Assembly: GCA_028282585.1 (NCBI GenBank)
Contig: JANQHR010000011.1
Coordinates: 1-64,000, forward strand
From: Bacteroidales bacterium
GTDB taxonomy: Bacteria > Bacteroidota > Bacteroidia > Bacteroidales > UBA12077
Reading direction: 5' to 3'
DNA: 64,000 nucleotides
The position numbers and the translations under genes were made by a program. Of this stretch, positions 50,187-60,108 are shown in pieces. Numbering within the stretch: position 1 is the stretch's first letter; each line of letters opens with the position of its first letter. The notes under the pieces are model-generated. The model searched no databases. It saw nothing but the letters and a program-made list of their open reading frames with translations, and had not been told where the DNA came from.

Positions 50187-51650
50187 ATGAAACTAAAACT
50201 CTTTATAGTACTTTTTTTTATTCCTGTTATCTTGTATTCTCAAGAAAAGTTAAATCTTGAGGAGTGCAGACAAATAGCTTTACAGCGAAATCGAAAAATC
50301 AAAGTAGCCGATGAGAATCAATATATGATAAACTCAATATCTAAAGCTGCTAAAACACAACATTATCCTCGATTTGGAGCAAACGGCGCATTTCTTAGAA
50401 TGAATAAAGAGATTAGTTTATTAAGCGAAAACCTCTTTCTTCCTATTATACCGCAAGAAGCGATAACAAATGGTGTAATAAATGAAATAATTTTGGGCAG
50501 AAATCCTGATTTATTGCAACAGACCCTTGTATTAGACGATAATGGTAACATTGTATATGATGAAAGAGGAAATCCGGTTTTTAAGAATTATGCATATCTG
50601 CCTGCTGATCAGGCTACTTTGGATTTAGATAATGTTTTTCTGTTAAATTTTAGTATGAAACAACCTGTTTATATGGGTGGTAAGATTAGAGAAATTAACA
50701 GAATGGCACAATTTGCTGAAGATCTGTTCCATGCAAAAAAGGTTTTAACAGAAACAGAAGTAATAGTAGAAACAGACGAAAAATACTGGCAGGTTATTTC
50801 GCTGCAAGAAAAGGTTAAATTAACGACTTCCTATAAACAAATGATTGAAAACCTTCTTGCGGATCTTAATAATTTTTACGAAGAAGGAATTGTTACAAAA
50901 AACGACGTTTTAAAAGCTAAGGTAAAATATAATGAAGTAGGTTTAAAACTTTTAAAAGCTACAAATGGACTAAAATTAGCTCAAATGTCATTGAATCAAA
51001 CCTTGGGTTTCCCTTTAGATACAATTATTCAATTAACTGACACAATCATTATAAATTATCAGTTTAAAGAAAAAAATATTACAGCAACAGAAGCTATTCA
51101 AAACAGAGCTGAATTAGATATGTTGAATTCTACAATTAGGATTGCGGAATCTGCAGAGAATGTTATGAAATCAAGATATCTTCCAAATGTTGGTTTAACT
51201 GCGAATTACTTATTTATGAATCCTAATCCTTATAATGGATTTAAAAAAGAATTTGGAGCCGATTGGAATGTAGGCGTTTATCTAAATATTCCTATTTGGC
51301 ACTGGAATGATAAAAAATATACAATACAAGCAACAAAGCATAAAACGAATGCTTTTAAAGAACAGTTGGCTGAAAGCGAAGAATTAATTACGCTTGAGGT
51401 AAAACAAACCGAATTTAAATATACTGAATCAGTTAAAAAAGTGGAAATGACTCATATGGCTTTACAACAAGCTAAAGAGAATCTGGATGTTACACAAGAT
51501 AGTTTTGATGAGGGAATTATAAATACAACTGATTTGTTGGAAGCACAAACTATATGGCAAGAGGCTTATTCGGAATACATTGACGCAAAAACAGAAAATA
51601 AAATTTTTGAAACAGAATTATTTAGGGTAACCGGCCAATTAAAATATTAA
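50187..51650 (+). CDS. TolC family outer membrane efflux protein
   Basis: Signal peptide, LEEC..IAL..N, QP.YMGGK, IPIWHW, TDLLEAQ. Confidence 0.92.
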   Translation: MKLKLFIVLFFIPVILYSQEKLNLEECRQIALQRNRKIKVADENQYMINSISKAAKTQHYPRFGANGAFLRMNKEISLLSENLFLPIIPQEAITNGVINEIILGRNPDLLQQTLVLDDNGNIVYDERGNPVFKNYAYLPADQATLDLDNVFLLNFSMKQPVYMGGKIREINRMAQFAEDLFHAKKVLTETEVIVETDEKYWQVISLQEKVKLTTSYKQMIENLLADLNNFYEEGIVTKNDVLKAKVKYNEVGLKLLKATNGLKLAQMSLNQTLGFPLDTIIQLTDTIIINYQFKEKNITATEAIQNRAELDMLNSTIRIAESAENVMKSRYLPNVGLTANYLFMNPNPYNGFKKEFGADWNVGVYLNIPIWHWNDKKYTIQATKHKTNAFKEQLAESEELITLEVKQTEFKYTESVKKVEMTHMALQQAKENLDVTQDSFDEGIINTTDLLEAQTIWQEAYSEYIDAKTENKIFETELFRVTGQLKY

Positions 51651-51653
51651 TCC

Positions 51654-52688
51654 ATGAGAGCAATTGTAATCATTATAATTACAGCTTTAAGTTTTACAGC
51701 CTGTAATAATAAAAAAGAGGTGGAACAGGAAAGCCCTGTTTTAATTCCTGTACTTGTTTCAAAATCTGTTGAAAAGGAATTTAGTCCTGAGTTAGCTTTC
51801 TCTGGTACAGCGTTTGCAAAAAAGGAAGCAAACTTAGGAACGGCTGTACCAGGAAGAGTGGAGAAAATTCATTTTAATGAGGGACAAAAAGTTAAAAAGG
51901 GCGATTTGTTAGCTGAACTTTCATCGGAACTATATATGCAAGCGCTTATTGAAAGAAATGCATTAAAAAAAGATTTTGATCGGGTAAGCAGGTTACGAGA
52001 CAAAGGTAGTTTAAGTGAGCAAGATTATGATCATGTAAAAGCAAAATACGATGCGTCCGTTGCTAAAACTGAAATGATGAAAAAGAATTCTGAAATAAGA
52101 GCCCCTTTCCACGGTATCGTGGTAGATCATATTGTCAAAGAAGGGGAAAACTATTTTTTTGCTCCTTACCTAAAACCAGGTTATTCCATGACATCTGGCA
52201 TTGTAAAATTGATGCAACTGGAAGTGCTTAATGTTGAAATAGATATCAATGAAAAAGATCTTTCAAAAGTATATAAAGGACAAAAGGCCAAAGTTATATT
52301 CGATGCATATCCGGATAAGGCATATCAGGGAAAATTAGCTATGGTCGAACCCATTTTGTCGACGCTTTCAAGAACCGCTAAAGGGCAGGTAATAATTAAC
52401 AATTATGATTTACTAATCAAACCCGGTATGTATGCAAAAGTATTTATAGAATTACCAAAAATTAAAGCAACATTTGTTACAAATGAATCAATATACAGGC
52501 AACCAGGAACAGGTAATGATTTTGTATATATAGTTAATGGAAACATGATTAACAAAACACAAATAAAAAGACTTTATACAGTTGAAGAATTAGTTGCGGT
52601 GAATGGAATCAAGCCTAATGAAACAATAGTTGTAGCAGGAAAAAATAAATTAAGAGACGGAATGAAGGTTGAAATTAAAGAAAAATAG
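51654..52688 (+). CDS. RND periplasmic adaptor (membrane fusion) lipoprotein
   Basis: Lipobox FTAC, GR..KI...EG..VKKG..L, IRAPF.G, KPGMYA. Confidence 0.92.
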   Translation: MRAIVIIIITALSFTACNNKKEVEQESPVLIPVLVSKSVEKEFSPELAFSGTAFAKKEANLGTAVPGRVEKIHFNEGQKVKKGDLLAELSSELYMQALIERNALKKDFDRVSRLRDKGSLSEQDYDHVKAKYDASVAKTEMMKKNSEIRAPFHGIVVDHIVKEGENYFFAPYLKPGYSMTSGIVKLMQLEVLNVEIDINEKDLSKVYKGQKAKVIFDAYPDKAYQGKLAMVEPILSTLSRTAKGQVIINNYDLLIKPGMYAKVFIELPKIKATFVTNESIYRQPGTGNDFVYIVNGNMINKTQIKRLYTVEELVAVNGIKPNETIVVAGKNKLRDGMKVEIKEK

Positions 52689-52716
52689 ATTCAGGCTTAA
52701 TAAAAATTTAAAGCTT

Positions 52717-55700
52717 ATGAAATTACCAAAAGCAAGTGTTAACAGGCCTGTAGCTACCGCAATGGCATTTATAGCCATACTTTTATTTGGTTTGGTTTCT
52801 TTAAAAAAACTCCCTTTGGATATTATGCCCGAAATGGAGCTTCCTACCTTAACTATAATGACCATATATCCGGGAGCTTCAGCAAACGAAGTTGAAGAAC
52901 AGGTAACAAAAGTTCTTGAAGAAATATTGGCAGGAACTGAAGGATTGAAGGATATTACTTCTGATTCTCAAGAGAACATTTCATTTATAGCGTTGCAATT
53001 TGAGTGGGGGAGCAATATTACTAATGCTGCCAATGATGCACGCGATTTATTGGAATTAACCAAAAGAAAGCTACCGGAAGATGCCGAAAATCCAATAATT
53101 TATAAAGTAAATTCATCACTATTTCCAATTCTTGTGTATGGTGTAACGGCCGATGAGAATTACTATGGGATAAATAATATTATTAAAGATGAAATTGTAG
53201 GCCCTTTAAAAATGGTCAAAGGAGTTGGTTCCGTAGTATACATGGGACAGCCTGAACGAGAAATAAAAGTAAATGTTGATCCTCAAAAATTAGCTGCTTA
53301 TGGTTTATCAATAAGTCAGATATCAACAATTTTAGAAGCAGAAAATATAACTATCCCAGGCGGCAATATAAAAGTTGGAATTAATGATTTTGCTGTAAAA
53401 GTTCCCGGAAAATTTCAAAGTATTTCGCAAATTGAAAATGTTGTACTTGTTAATTATCAAGGAAGAATAATTAAATTAAAAGACATTGCCACCGTTAAGG
53501 ATGGATATAAAGAAAAGGATGAGTGGGCCAGGTCAAAAAATGGTTTGGGAGTTGCACTTTTAATTCAAAAACAATCTGGAGTAAATACCCTGGAGGTTGC
53601 CAATGGTATCAGAAGCAAGATGGAAGAAATAGAGAAAAAACTGCCATCGGATATGGAGGTTTTTGAAATAATAAATACAGATGAATTGATTGTTGAATCA
53701 ATTGATAATTTAACAGAAACCTTATGGTGGGCACTTTTATTTGTAACCTTAGTAGTATTTGCATTTCTTCGTGAATGGAGGTCAAGTTTAATTGTTCTGT
53801 TAACTATTCCTTTTTCTTTGATCATAGCTTTTATAGTGATGTTTATCATCGATTACACGATTAATATTTTTTCTTTAATGGCTATTGTAATTGCCATTGG
53901 AATGGTTGTTGACAATGCTATTGTGGTTTTAGAAAATATCACCCGCCATATTGAACAGGGATCAAGACCTAAACAAGCATCAATTTTTGGTTCCGGTGAA
54001 ATGGGAATGGCTATTACAGCATCAACTACTACAACCTTAATGGTTTTTATTCCTATGATTTTTGTTGGTGGTGTCGTTGGGTTACTTTTTAAGCAGCTTG
54101 CAATTATAACTTCAGTTACTATGGTTGCTTCTCTGGTAACCTCACTTTCATTAACTCCAATGGTTTCATCAAAGTTGTTGAAAGGATTAAAAAAAGAAAA
54201 GGACTTAAAACCAAAAACAAAATTCTATAAATGGTCGGAAAACCGATTCATAGTATTGGAAAGTGCTTATAAAAATGTATTAAATTGGTCTATACATCAT
54301 AAGTTTCTTACCGTTTCAATTGCAATTGTAATTTTTAGTATAAGCATTATACTTGGAAAAAACTTAGGTTCGGATTATATTCCAGCCTTTGATGCAGGGG
54401 ATATTTCACTGGTTTTTGAAACGGAAATTGGAACCAGTGCTAAAGAAACTGACCGGGTTGCACAAAAGGTAATGCAGATTTTTGAAGAAGAAGTTCCTGA
54501 AATGTCACCTGGGTCGCTGTCTTCAATTACAGGTCAAACAGATGGTGGAACATTGAAGTCGGTTGGTTTTGATGAGGGTAAAAACATATGTACTGTAATT
54601 GCACATTTAGTAAAGCCTCATAAAAGAGAAAGATCTGCAATTGAAATTGGTGAGGTTTTAAGACAAAAAGTTTCTGAAATTCCGGAAATTGATAAATTTC
54701 ATATTACTGCAGGAAGCATCATTTCAGAAGCGATCACGGGAAGCGTAAAGCCTATTGAAGTTGAAATTACAGGTAATGACTACCATAAAATTAATGAATA
54801 TGCAAGAGCATTATATGCTAAAATGTTAGACATTAAGGGGCTTACAGATTTACAAACAACTATTGATGACGGTAAACTGGAAATACAAATTGATATTGAT
54901 AAAGATAAAGCTTCGGCATTGTCTTTAAATACTGCAATGATTGCAATGCAGGTGCGTCAAAGTATTTTTGGTTCAAAAGCAGGCGAATACACTGAATCGG
55001 GAGAGGATTATAAAATAAATGTGAGGTATGCTCCTATGTATCGTTCAAAAATAGAAAGTATAGGCGATATTCAAATCATGAATTTACGGGGGGAGCAGAT
55101 TCCAATTTCTGCAATTGCAGAAATTAAAACAGGAACTGGGCCGTTGTCTATAAAGCACAAGTCGCAACAAAGAATTGTAAAAGTTATGGCTAACCTAATT
55201 AATATATCATTAGGAGAAGCAGCGGAAGAAGTTAAAAATTTAATCGATACAATGCCAATTCCTGATGATGTTGATGTAGTGCTTTCAGGACAAATAAAAG
55301 AACAAGGAGAATCATTTACCGATTTATATATAATTCTTATTATTGGTGTGATGCTGGTTTATATGGTAATGGCAGCTCAGTTTGAATCTTTGAGTGATCC
55401 GTTTATAATTATGTTTGCAATTCCATTCAGCTTTGTAGGAATTATTCTTGCGTTTTTTGTAACCGGAGTTACCTTAAGTGTAACAACTTTTATTGGAGTT
55501 ATTATGCTTATGGGAATCGTGGTAAACAATGGAATAGTATTGGTGGATTATACAAATTTACTTCGTAAAAGAGGTTATCTTATAAAAGAGGCTGTTGTAG
55601 AATCTGGTCGATCGAGGATGCGCCCGGTTTTGATGACATCTTTCACGACAATGCTTGGAATGCTACCAATGGCATTAAGTAAAGGTATGGGTCGAGAGAT

Positions 55701-55809
55701 GTATGCTCCACTTGGAGTAACAGTTATTGGAGGATTATTGGTTTCAACAATAGTTACGCTTATTTTGGTGCCTACCATTTATGGTATCTTTCATAGAAAG
55801 GAAAATTAA
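52717..55809 (+). CDS. RND (AcrB/HAE1) efflux permease
   Basis: RPVAT.M, GMVVDNAIVVLEN, GIVVNNGIVLVD, R.RPVLMT; probable start MKLPKAS at 52717. Confidence 0.95.
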   Translation: MKLPKASVNRPVATAMAFIAILLFGLVSLKKLPLDIMPEMELPTLTIMTIYPGASANEVEEQVTKVLEEILAGTEGLKDITSDSQENISFIALQFEWGSNITNAANDARDLLELTKRKLPEDAENPIIYKVNSSLFPILVYGVTADENYYGINNIIKDEIVGPLKMVKGVGSVVYMGQPEREIKVNVDPQKLAAYGLSISQISTILEAENITIPGGNIKVGINDFAVKVPGKFQSISQIENVVLVNYQGRIIKLKDIATVKDGYKEKDEWARSKNGLGVALLIQKQSGVNTLEVANGIRSKMEEIEKKLPSDMEVFEIINTDELIVESIDNLTETLWWALLFVTLVVFAFLREWRSSLIVLLTIPFSLIIAFIVMFIIDYTINIFSLMAIVIAIGMVVDNAIVVLENITRHIEQGSRPKQASIFGSGEMGMAITASTTTTLMVFIPMIFVGGVVGLLFKQLAIITSVTMVASLVTSLSLTPMVSSKLLKGLKKEKDLKPKTKFYKWSENRFIVLESAYKNVLNWSIHHKFLTVSIAIVIFSISIILGKNLGSDYIPAFDAGDISLVFETEIGTSAKETDRVAQKVMQIFEEEVPEMSPGSLSSITGQTDGGTLKSVGFDEGKNICTVIAHLVKPHKRERSAIEIGEVLRQKVSEIPEIDKFHITAGSIISEAITGSVKPIEVEITGNDYHKINEYARALYAKMLDIKGLTDLQTTIDDGKLEIQIDIDKDKASALSLNTAMIAMQVRQSIFGSKAGEYTESGEDYKINVRYAPMYRSKIESIGDIQIMNLRGEQIPISAIAEIKTGTGPLSIKHKSQQRIVKVMANLINISLGEAAEEVKNLIDTMPIPDDVDVVLSGQIKEQGESFTDLYIILIIGVMLVYMVMAAQFESLSDPFIIMFAIPFSFVGIILAFFVTGVTLSVTTFIGVIMLMGIVVNNGIVLVDYTNLLRKRGYLIKEAVVESGRSRMRPVLMTSFTTMLGMLPMALSKGMGREMYAPLGVTVIGGLLVSTIVTLILVPTIYGIFHRKEN

Positions 55810-55828
55810 TTATGAATTATAAATTATC
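55808..55828 (+). repeat. 7-bp tandem array AATTAT(G/A/C) x3
   Basis: AATTATG AATTATA AATTATC, overlapping the RND stop codon. Confidence 0.6.
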
Positions 55829-56186
55829 AATGAAAATGTAATGATTAATAAATCTTTTGATTTTGCTTTACAATTAGTTGAATTATATAAATTCTTAACA
55901 AATAATAAGAAAGAATTTATAATGGCAAAGCAATTATTAAAGTCTGGAACTTCAGTAGGTGCTAATGTAAAGGAAGCTATAGCAGCTTCTAACAAAAAGG
56001 ATTTTGTAAATAATGTTAACAATATCGGCAAAAGGAGCAAGAGAAACATCATATTGGTTAAGACTTTTATACAAAAGTGATTATTTAAATCAAACTCAAT
56101 TTGCTAGTTTACATAACCTTAATTTAGAGATTATTAAAATTATAAATAGTATCGTTATTATTACTCGAAAACATCACAATTTATAA
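55826..56186 (+). pseudogene. Frameshifted four-helix-bundle protein gene (TIGR02436/23S rRNA IVS-protein-like)
   Basis: KSFDFAL...KQLLKSGTSVGANVKEA...KDF in one frame. After one extra base near 56012-56015 it continues LTISAKGARETSYWLRLL...EIIKIINSI to TAA at 56184-56186. The expected start codon reads ATC at 55826. Confidence 0.85.
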
Positions 56187-56212
56187 TTACTAATTTAAAA
56201 TTTATAATTCAG
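56178..56212 (+). repeat. 7-bp periodic array inverted relative to 55808-55828
   Basis: AATTTAT AATTACT AATTTAA AATTTAT AATTCAG; 56199-56211 is the exact reverse complement of 55813-55825. Confidence 0.6.
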
Positions 56213-56218
56213 TAAGCT

Positions 56219-56524
56219 ATGAAAATGATTTATGTTACGTGCAATGTAAGTGTTAGAGAGCCTTTGTTAAAAATGCTGGAAGAAAACGATATAAAAGATT
56301 ATCAGGTAATTGAACAGGTAACAGCAAAAAGTGTAAAAGGTGAACCTCGTTTTAATACAGCTGTATGGCCAGGATATAATTCATCTATATTTATGCAATT
56401 CTCAGATGATAACAGAGCAAAGGAAGTAATGCAATTAATTAAAGATTTTAACAAATCTCTTTTTAATGATAATGAGTTAATAACCGCATGTTCCTGGACA
56501 CTTAATGATTATTTTTATGATTGA
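56219..56524 (+). CDS. PG0541-family (PII-like) transporter-associated protein
   Basis: MIYVT.N, GEPR..TAVWPGYNS motif; downstream of an RND operon. Confidence 0.78.
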   Translation: MKMIYVTCNVSVREPLLKMLEENDIKDYQVIEQVTAKSVKGEPRFNTAVWPGYNSSIFMQFSDDNRAKEVMQLIKDFNKSLFNDNELITACSWTLNDYFYD

Positions 56525-56589
56525 TCTTTAATATTAGTATTATAAAAATATGTATAGAAAATGTTATCTTGGTACTTATTATAAACCAA

Positions 56590-56625
56590 CTTGTCACCTA
56601 CCTGCCAGCAGGCAGGGCAGACAGG
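56590..56625. repeat. Nested REP-like GC-rich palindromes
   Basis: CCTACCTGCCAGCAGGCAGG (56597-56616) sits inside CTTGTCA|GCAGACAGG in otherwise very AT-rich DNA. Confidence 0.6.
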
Positions 56626-56640
56626 CTAAAATTTAACGAT

Positions 56641-57108
56641 ATGAAAATGAGATTATTTTTTATTTCTCTGATAGCAGGATTATTTATTACACCAAATCTA
56701 ATTGCTCAAGATGCTGATAAAATATTAGGATATTGGTTAACACAGGATGGAGATTCTCAGATTAAAATATTTAAAGCTAAAAATGGGAAATATTATGGTA
56801 ATATTAAATGGTTAGATGAGCCAAACGAAGAAGATGGTTCTCCAAAATTGGATAACAAAAATGATGACCCTGAATTACAGAAAAGAACAATTCTAGGTCT
56901 TCAAATTCTAAAAGCATTTAAATACGATGAAAACGATCAGGAATGGATCGATGGAACTATTTATGATCCACAGAATGGAAAAACGTATAAATGTTATATG
57001 TGGTTTGAAGATGGTGATGATAAGACTTTACACGTAAAAGGATTCATTGGAATTTCGGTAATTGGTAGAGAAGTAGAATGGATTAGAGAAGAAAAATTAA
57101 GAGGATAA
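56641..57108 (+). CDS. DUF2147 family secreted protein
   Basis: Signal peptide from 56641; G.W.T, YYG.I.W, D..N....L..R..LGL.IL, W..GTIYDP.NGKTY.C, GFIG.S..GR...W.R. Confidence 0.88.
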   Translation: MKMRLFFISLIAGLFITPNLIAQDADKILGYWLTQDGDSQIKIFKAKNGKYYGNIKWLDEPNEEDGSPKLDNKNDDPELQKRTILGLQILKAFKYDENDQEWIDGTIYDPQNGKTYKCYMWFEDGDDKTLHVKGFIGISVIGREVEWIREEKLRG

Positions 57109-57128
57109 CTATGCAATAATATATCTAA

Positions 57129-57322
57129 GGAGGTGTCTAAAAAGTTAGAATTTTTCTTTGTTCTGTAAATCTGCAATTACCCTATCTCTAATGCCTGCCT
57201 GTTAGTAGACAAGATGTATTTTGATTTACAGCACTTTATTCCAGCCAACCTGGTAAATTGGCTTTAGGGTTTGGGCAAAAAAATAGCTGAGAAGGATATA
57301 ATTTAAACTTTTGGATACCGTC
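57129..57322. mobile_element. Degenerate ~194-bp MITE-like element
   Basis: Left end GGAGGTGTCTAAAAAGTT, right end AACTTTTGGATACCGTC (imperfect inverted repeat). Internal CTGTAAATC/GATTTACAG stem encloses a decayed REP-like 20-mer. Confidence 0.5.
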
Positions 57323-57339
57323 ATGTTATCTAAATAATT

Positions 57340-57990
57340 ATGGATAATAAAGAGGTTATTAATAAAACTATTGATTTTGTAAAAGATAAACTTAGAGGAG
57401 ATAGCTCTGGTCATGATTGGTGGCATATTTATAGGGTATGGAATATGTCAAAGAAACTTCAAGAAAAGGAAGGAGGAAACCTGTTTATAATAGAGATGGC
57501 TGCATTATTGCACGATGTTGGTGATTGGAAGTTTCATGAAAAAGAAGAAGAAGGAATAGATATTATTAAAAATTGGCTGGATCAATCTGATATTTCTGAA
57601 TCCGTCAAAATAAGAATTGTAGACATAATTAGTAATGTTTCATTTAAAGGGTCCGGAGTTAAGGATAAAATGGAATCTATAGAAGGAAAAATTGTTCAAG
57701 ATGCTGATCGAATAGATGCTATAGGAGCAATTGGAGTTGCTCGCACATTTGCATTTGGTGGAAAGTTTGGCAATCCAATGTTCGATCCGAATGTTAAAGT
57801 TAAAATGCATAATAATTTCGAAGAGTATAAAAATTCAAAAGGAACTACCATAAATCACTTTTATGAGAAACTCTTACTTTTAAAGGATCGGATAAGTACC
57901 AATACTGCGAAACAAATTGCTAGAGAGAGACATTCATATATGGAAAATTTCCTGAAGCAGTTTTATGATGAATGGGAAAGCATTAAATAA
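57340..57990 (+). CDS. HD-domain phosphohydrolase (YedJ-like)
   Basis: GHDWWHIYRV, ALLHDV.D.K, VQDADRIDAIGAIG.AR.F, HFYEKLL.L. Confidence 0.92.
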   Translation: MDNKEVINKTIDFVKDKLRGDSSGHDWWHIYRVWNMSKKLQEKEGGNLFIIEMAALLHDVGDWKFHEKEEEGIDIIKNWLDQSDISESVKIRIVDIISNVSFKGSGVKDKMESIEGKIVQDADRIDAIGAIGVARTFAFGGKFGNPMFDPNVKVKMHNNFEEYKNSKGTTINHFYEKLLLLKDRISTNTAKQIARERHSYMENFLKQFYDEWESIK

Positions 57991-58063
57991 AGTTAATTTT
58001 GTTTTAATTCAGATAGTTTGATAAAGATTATTATTCTTTTTTTAGCGTAAAGATCATAATGAG

Positions 58064-58756
58064 ATGAGAAATATTACACGATTTTTTGCAGATTTTTTTA
58101 ATTTATTCTTTCCAGACTTGTGTATTGTCTGTAATTCGCGATTAATAAATCAGGAAGACTTATTATGTACAAAGTGTTTATATAACCTGCCTAAAACAAA
58201 TTACCATAAAGAAATTGATAATCCCGTCTCCAAGTTATTTTGGGGACGCACAAAGATTGAATATGCAACAGCCTTTTTCTCTTTTAGCAAAGGAAGTAAT
58301 TATCAATATATGATGCATAAGTTTAAATATCATGGTAAAAAAGAAATAGGTTTTGTTTTAGGTAAATCATTTGGGAATCAACTAAGGAATAGTGTATTTA
58401 AAGAAGCAGATATAGTAATACCTGTTCCCCTCCATAAATTTAAACTCAAGAAAAGAGGTTATAATCAAAGTGATTGGATAGGAAAAGGATTAGCAGAGGC
58501 ACTTAAAATCCCAATTGATACAAAATCGCTCATTAGATCTGTTGCTACAGAAACTCAAACCCGCAAATCGAGATTTGACCGTTGGAAAAATGTAGAAAGT
58601 ATTTTCAAGGTTATGCATAAGGAAAATTTAAAAGGAAAACATATTTTATTAGTTGATGATGTGGTTACAACAGGTTCTACTCTTGAAGCATGTGCAAATT
58701 CATTACTTGAATTGGAAAATACAAAGGTAAGCATCGCAACATTAGCAGTAGCTTAA
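58064..58756 (+). CDS. comF: ComF family amidophosphoribosyltransferase-like protein
   Basis: C..C...C..C, PVPLH, RGYNQS, ILLVDDVVTTGSTL. Confidence 0.92.
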   Translation: MRNITRFFADFFNLFFPDLCIVCNSRLINQEDLLCTKCLYNLPKTNYHKEIDNPVSKLFWGRTKIEYATAFFSFSKGSNYQYMMHKFKYHGKKEIGFVLGKSFGNQLRNSVFKEADIVIPVPLHKFKLKKRGYNQSDWIGKGLAEALKIPIDTKSLIRSVATETQTRKSRFDRWKNVESIFKVMHKENLKGKHILLVDDVVTTGSTLEACANSLLELENTKVSIATLAVA

Positions 58757-58772
58757 AATGTTTATAAATAAA

Positions 58773-59342
58773 CTAAATTTCTCCCCAACGTTTAGCATTA
58801 ATTTCAAAACCCGCAAGATCTAGAACACGATTTATTACAGTTGCAATTACTTCATCCGTATTTCTAGGTTTTGAGTAAAAGGAAGGTGTTGCAGGACAGA
58901 TGATTCCTCCCGCTAAAGTAATTGTTTCCATATTCCTTATATGAATCAGGTTATATGGAATTTCCCTGGGAACTAATATGAGTTTTTGTTTTTCTTTTAA
59001 AATTACATCAGCTGCTCTTGTTATTAGATCATTAGATACTCCATTTGCGATTCTTCCAAGTGTTCCCATCGAGCAAGGACAGATTATCATCGTATCGTAT
59101 TGGGCAGAACCCGATGCGAAAGGGGCATAAAAATCATTAGGTTCATATTGTTTAAAACGATAATTTAAATAAGAGTTGTTTTCTAATTCATATTCCCAAA
59201 TCTCCTTGGCATTTTTTGAAAACACTACTCCGACTTCAGAGATTTGATTCTCTAATGTGGATAATTTATCTAATAAAGATTTTGCATATATTGAACCACT
59301 AGCTCCGGTTACTGCTATTATTATTTTGTGTTTTTTTATCAT
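58773..59342 (-). CDS. ubiX: Flavin prenyltransferase
   Basis: AVTGASGSIY, ASGS, PCSMGTL, RAADV.LKE...LILVPRE.P, PSFY. Confidence 0.94.
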   Translation of the reverse strand: MIKKHKIIIAVTGASGSIYAKSLLDKLSTLENQISEVGVVFSKNAKEIWEYELENNSYLNYRFKQYEPNDFYAPFASGSAQYDTMIICPCSMGTLGRIANGVSNDLITRAADVILKEKQKLILVPREIPYNLIHIRNMETITLAGGIICPATPSFYSKPRNTDEVIATVINRVLDLAGFEINAKRWGEI

Positions 59343-59947
59343 TCCCCAAATCTTGCAATTTGATAATAAACAGCAAATGTCAATACATTGTTGTATTGGC
59401 CACGGTTTAAATAATAAGTTTGATCTCCCGGATGATCTCTCACAGGTAAAATAGAATAATTAAAACGTATATTGAAAAAAAAGTTATCGGTGATTTGGTA
59501 TTCTATTCCTGCAAGTCCTGAAAGCTCAAATTCATCAAAAGCAGGATCAGCCGGTTCATCTCCAATTTTATCTTTGTTTTCAGTTGATTTTTGGAGGTAA
59601 CCCACAGTTAACCCCACATTAGCACTAAATTTCCCCAAAAAATGATATTTCAAAAACAATGGTAATTCAACATAATTTAATTTGGAGACGTAAAAAACAC
59701 TTTGATCTTTATTGTCGGATTTGCTCCCCTTCTGAATATATCTTAGTTCTAGCTGAGCATCCACATATTGGTTTAACTGAGCATTTGTGTAGATTCCAAA
59801 AGCCAATCCGGGCTTAGAATACCCTCCCCATTGATCACCATCTAATTGCGAAGCAGATAAACCGGCAAAAACTCCTCCACCAAATGTTTGAGCTAATATT
59901 ATATTAGAAAAAGTTGTAATTAGTAATAGAATAATGATTTTTTTCAT
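59339..59947 (-). CDS. Outer membrane beta-barrel (porin-family) protein
   Basis: Signal peptide, GL..SQ.DGD..GY.K.G, EL.Y.QKGS, LNY.ELP. Confidence 0.8.
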   Translation of the reverse strand: MKKIIILLLITTFSNIILAQTFGGGVFAGLSASQLDGDQWGGYSKPGLAFGIYTNAQLNQYVDAQLELRYIQKGSKSDNKDQSVFYVSKLNYVELPLFLKYHFLGKFSANVGLTVGYLQKSTENKDKIGDEPADPAFDEFELSGLAGIEYQITDNFFFNIRFNYSILPVRDHPGDQTYYLNRGQYNNVLTFAVYYQIARFGE

Positions 59948-60108
59948 AAAATATTTAACTAATCTTAAATGGCTAAAGTAATCAAAAATAATAAAGAAGT
60001 GCTTTTATTTATTAAGGTTTATTAGCAAACTTTAACACTTTTCTCACGTATAGAAAGGTATAGTTTTTGTTATTTTGTATATTATATTACAATTAACAAA
60101 CCTTGCTT

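Noticed and set aside
55826-56186. Diversity-generating retroelement (Avd-like gene) or programmed frameshift
   Set aside because: No reverse transcriptase or TR/VR pair. No slippery site at the shift, and additional lesions point to decay.
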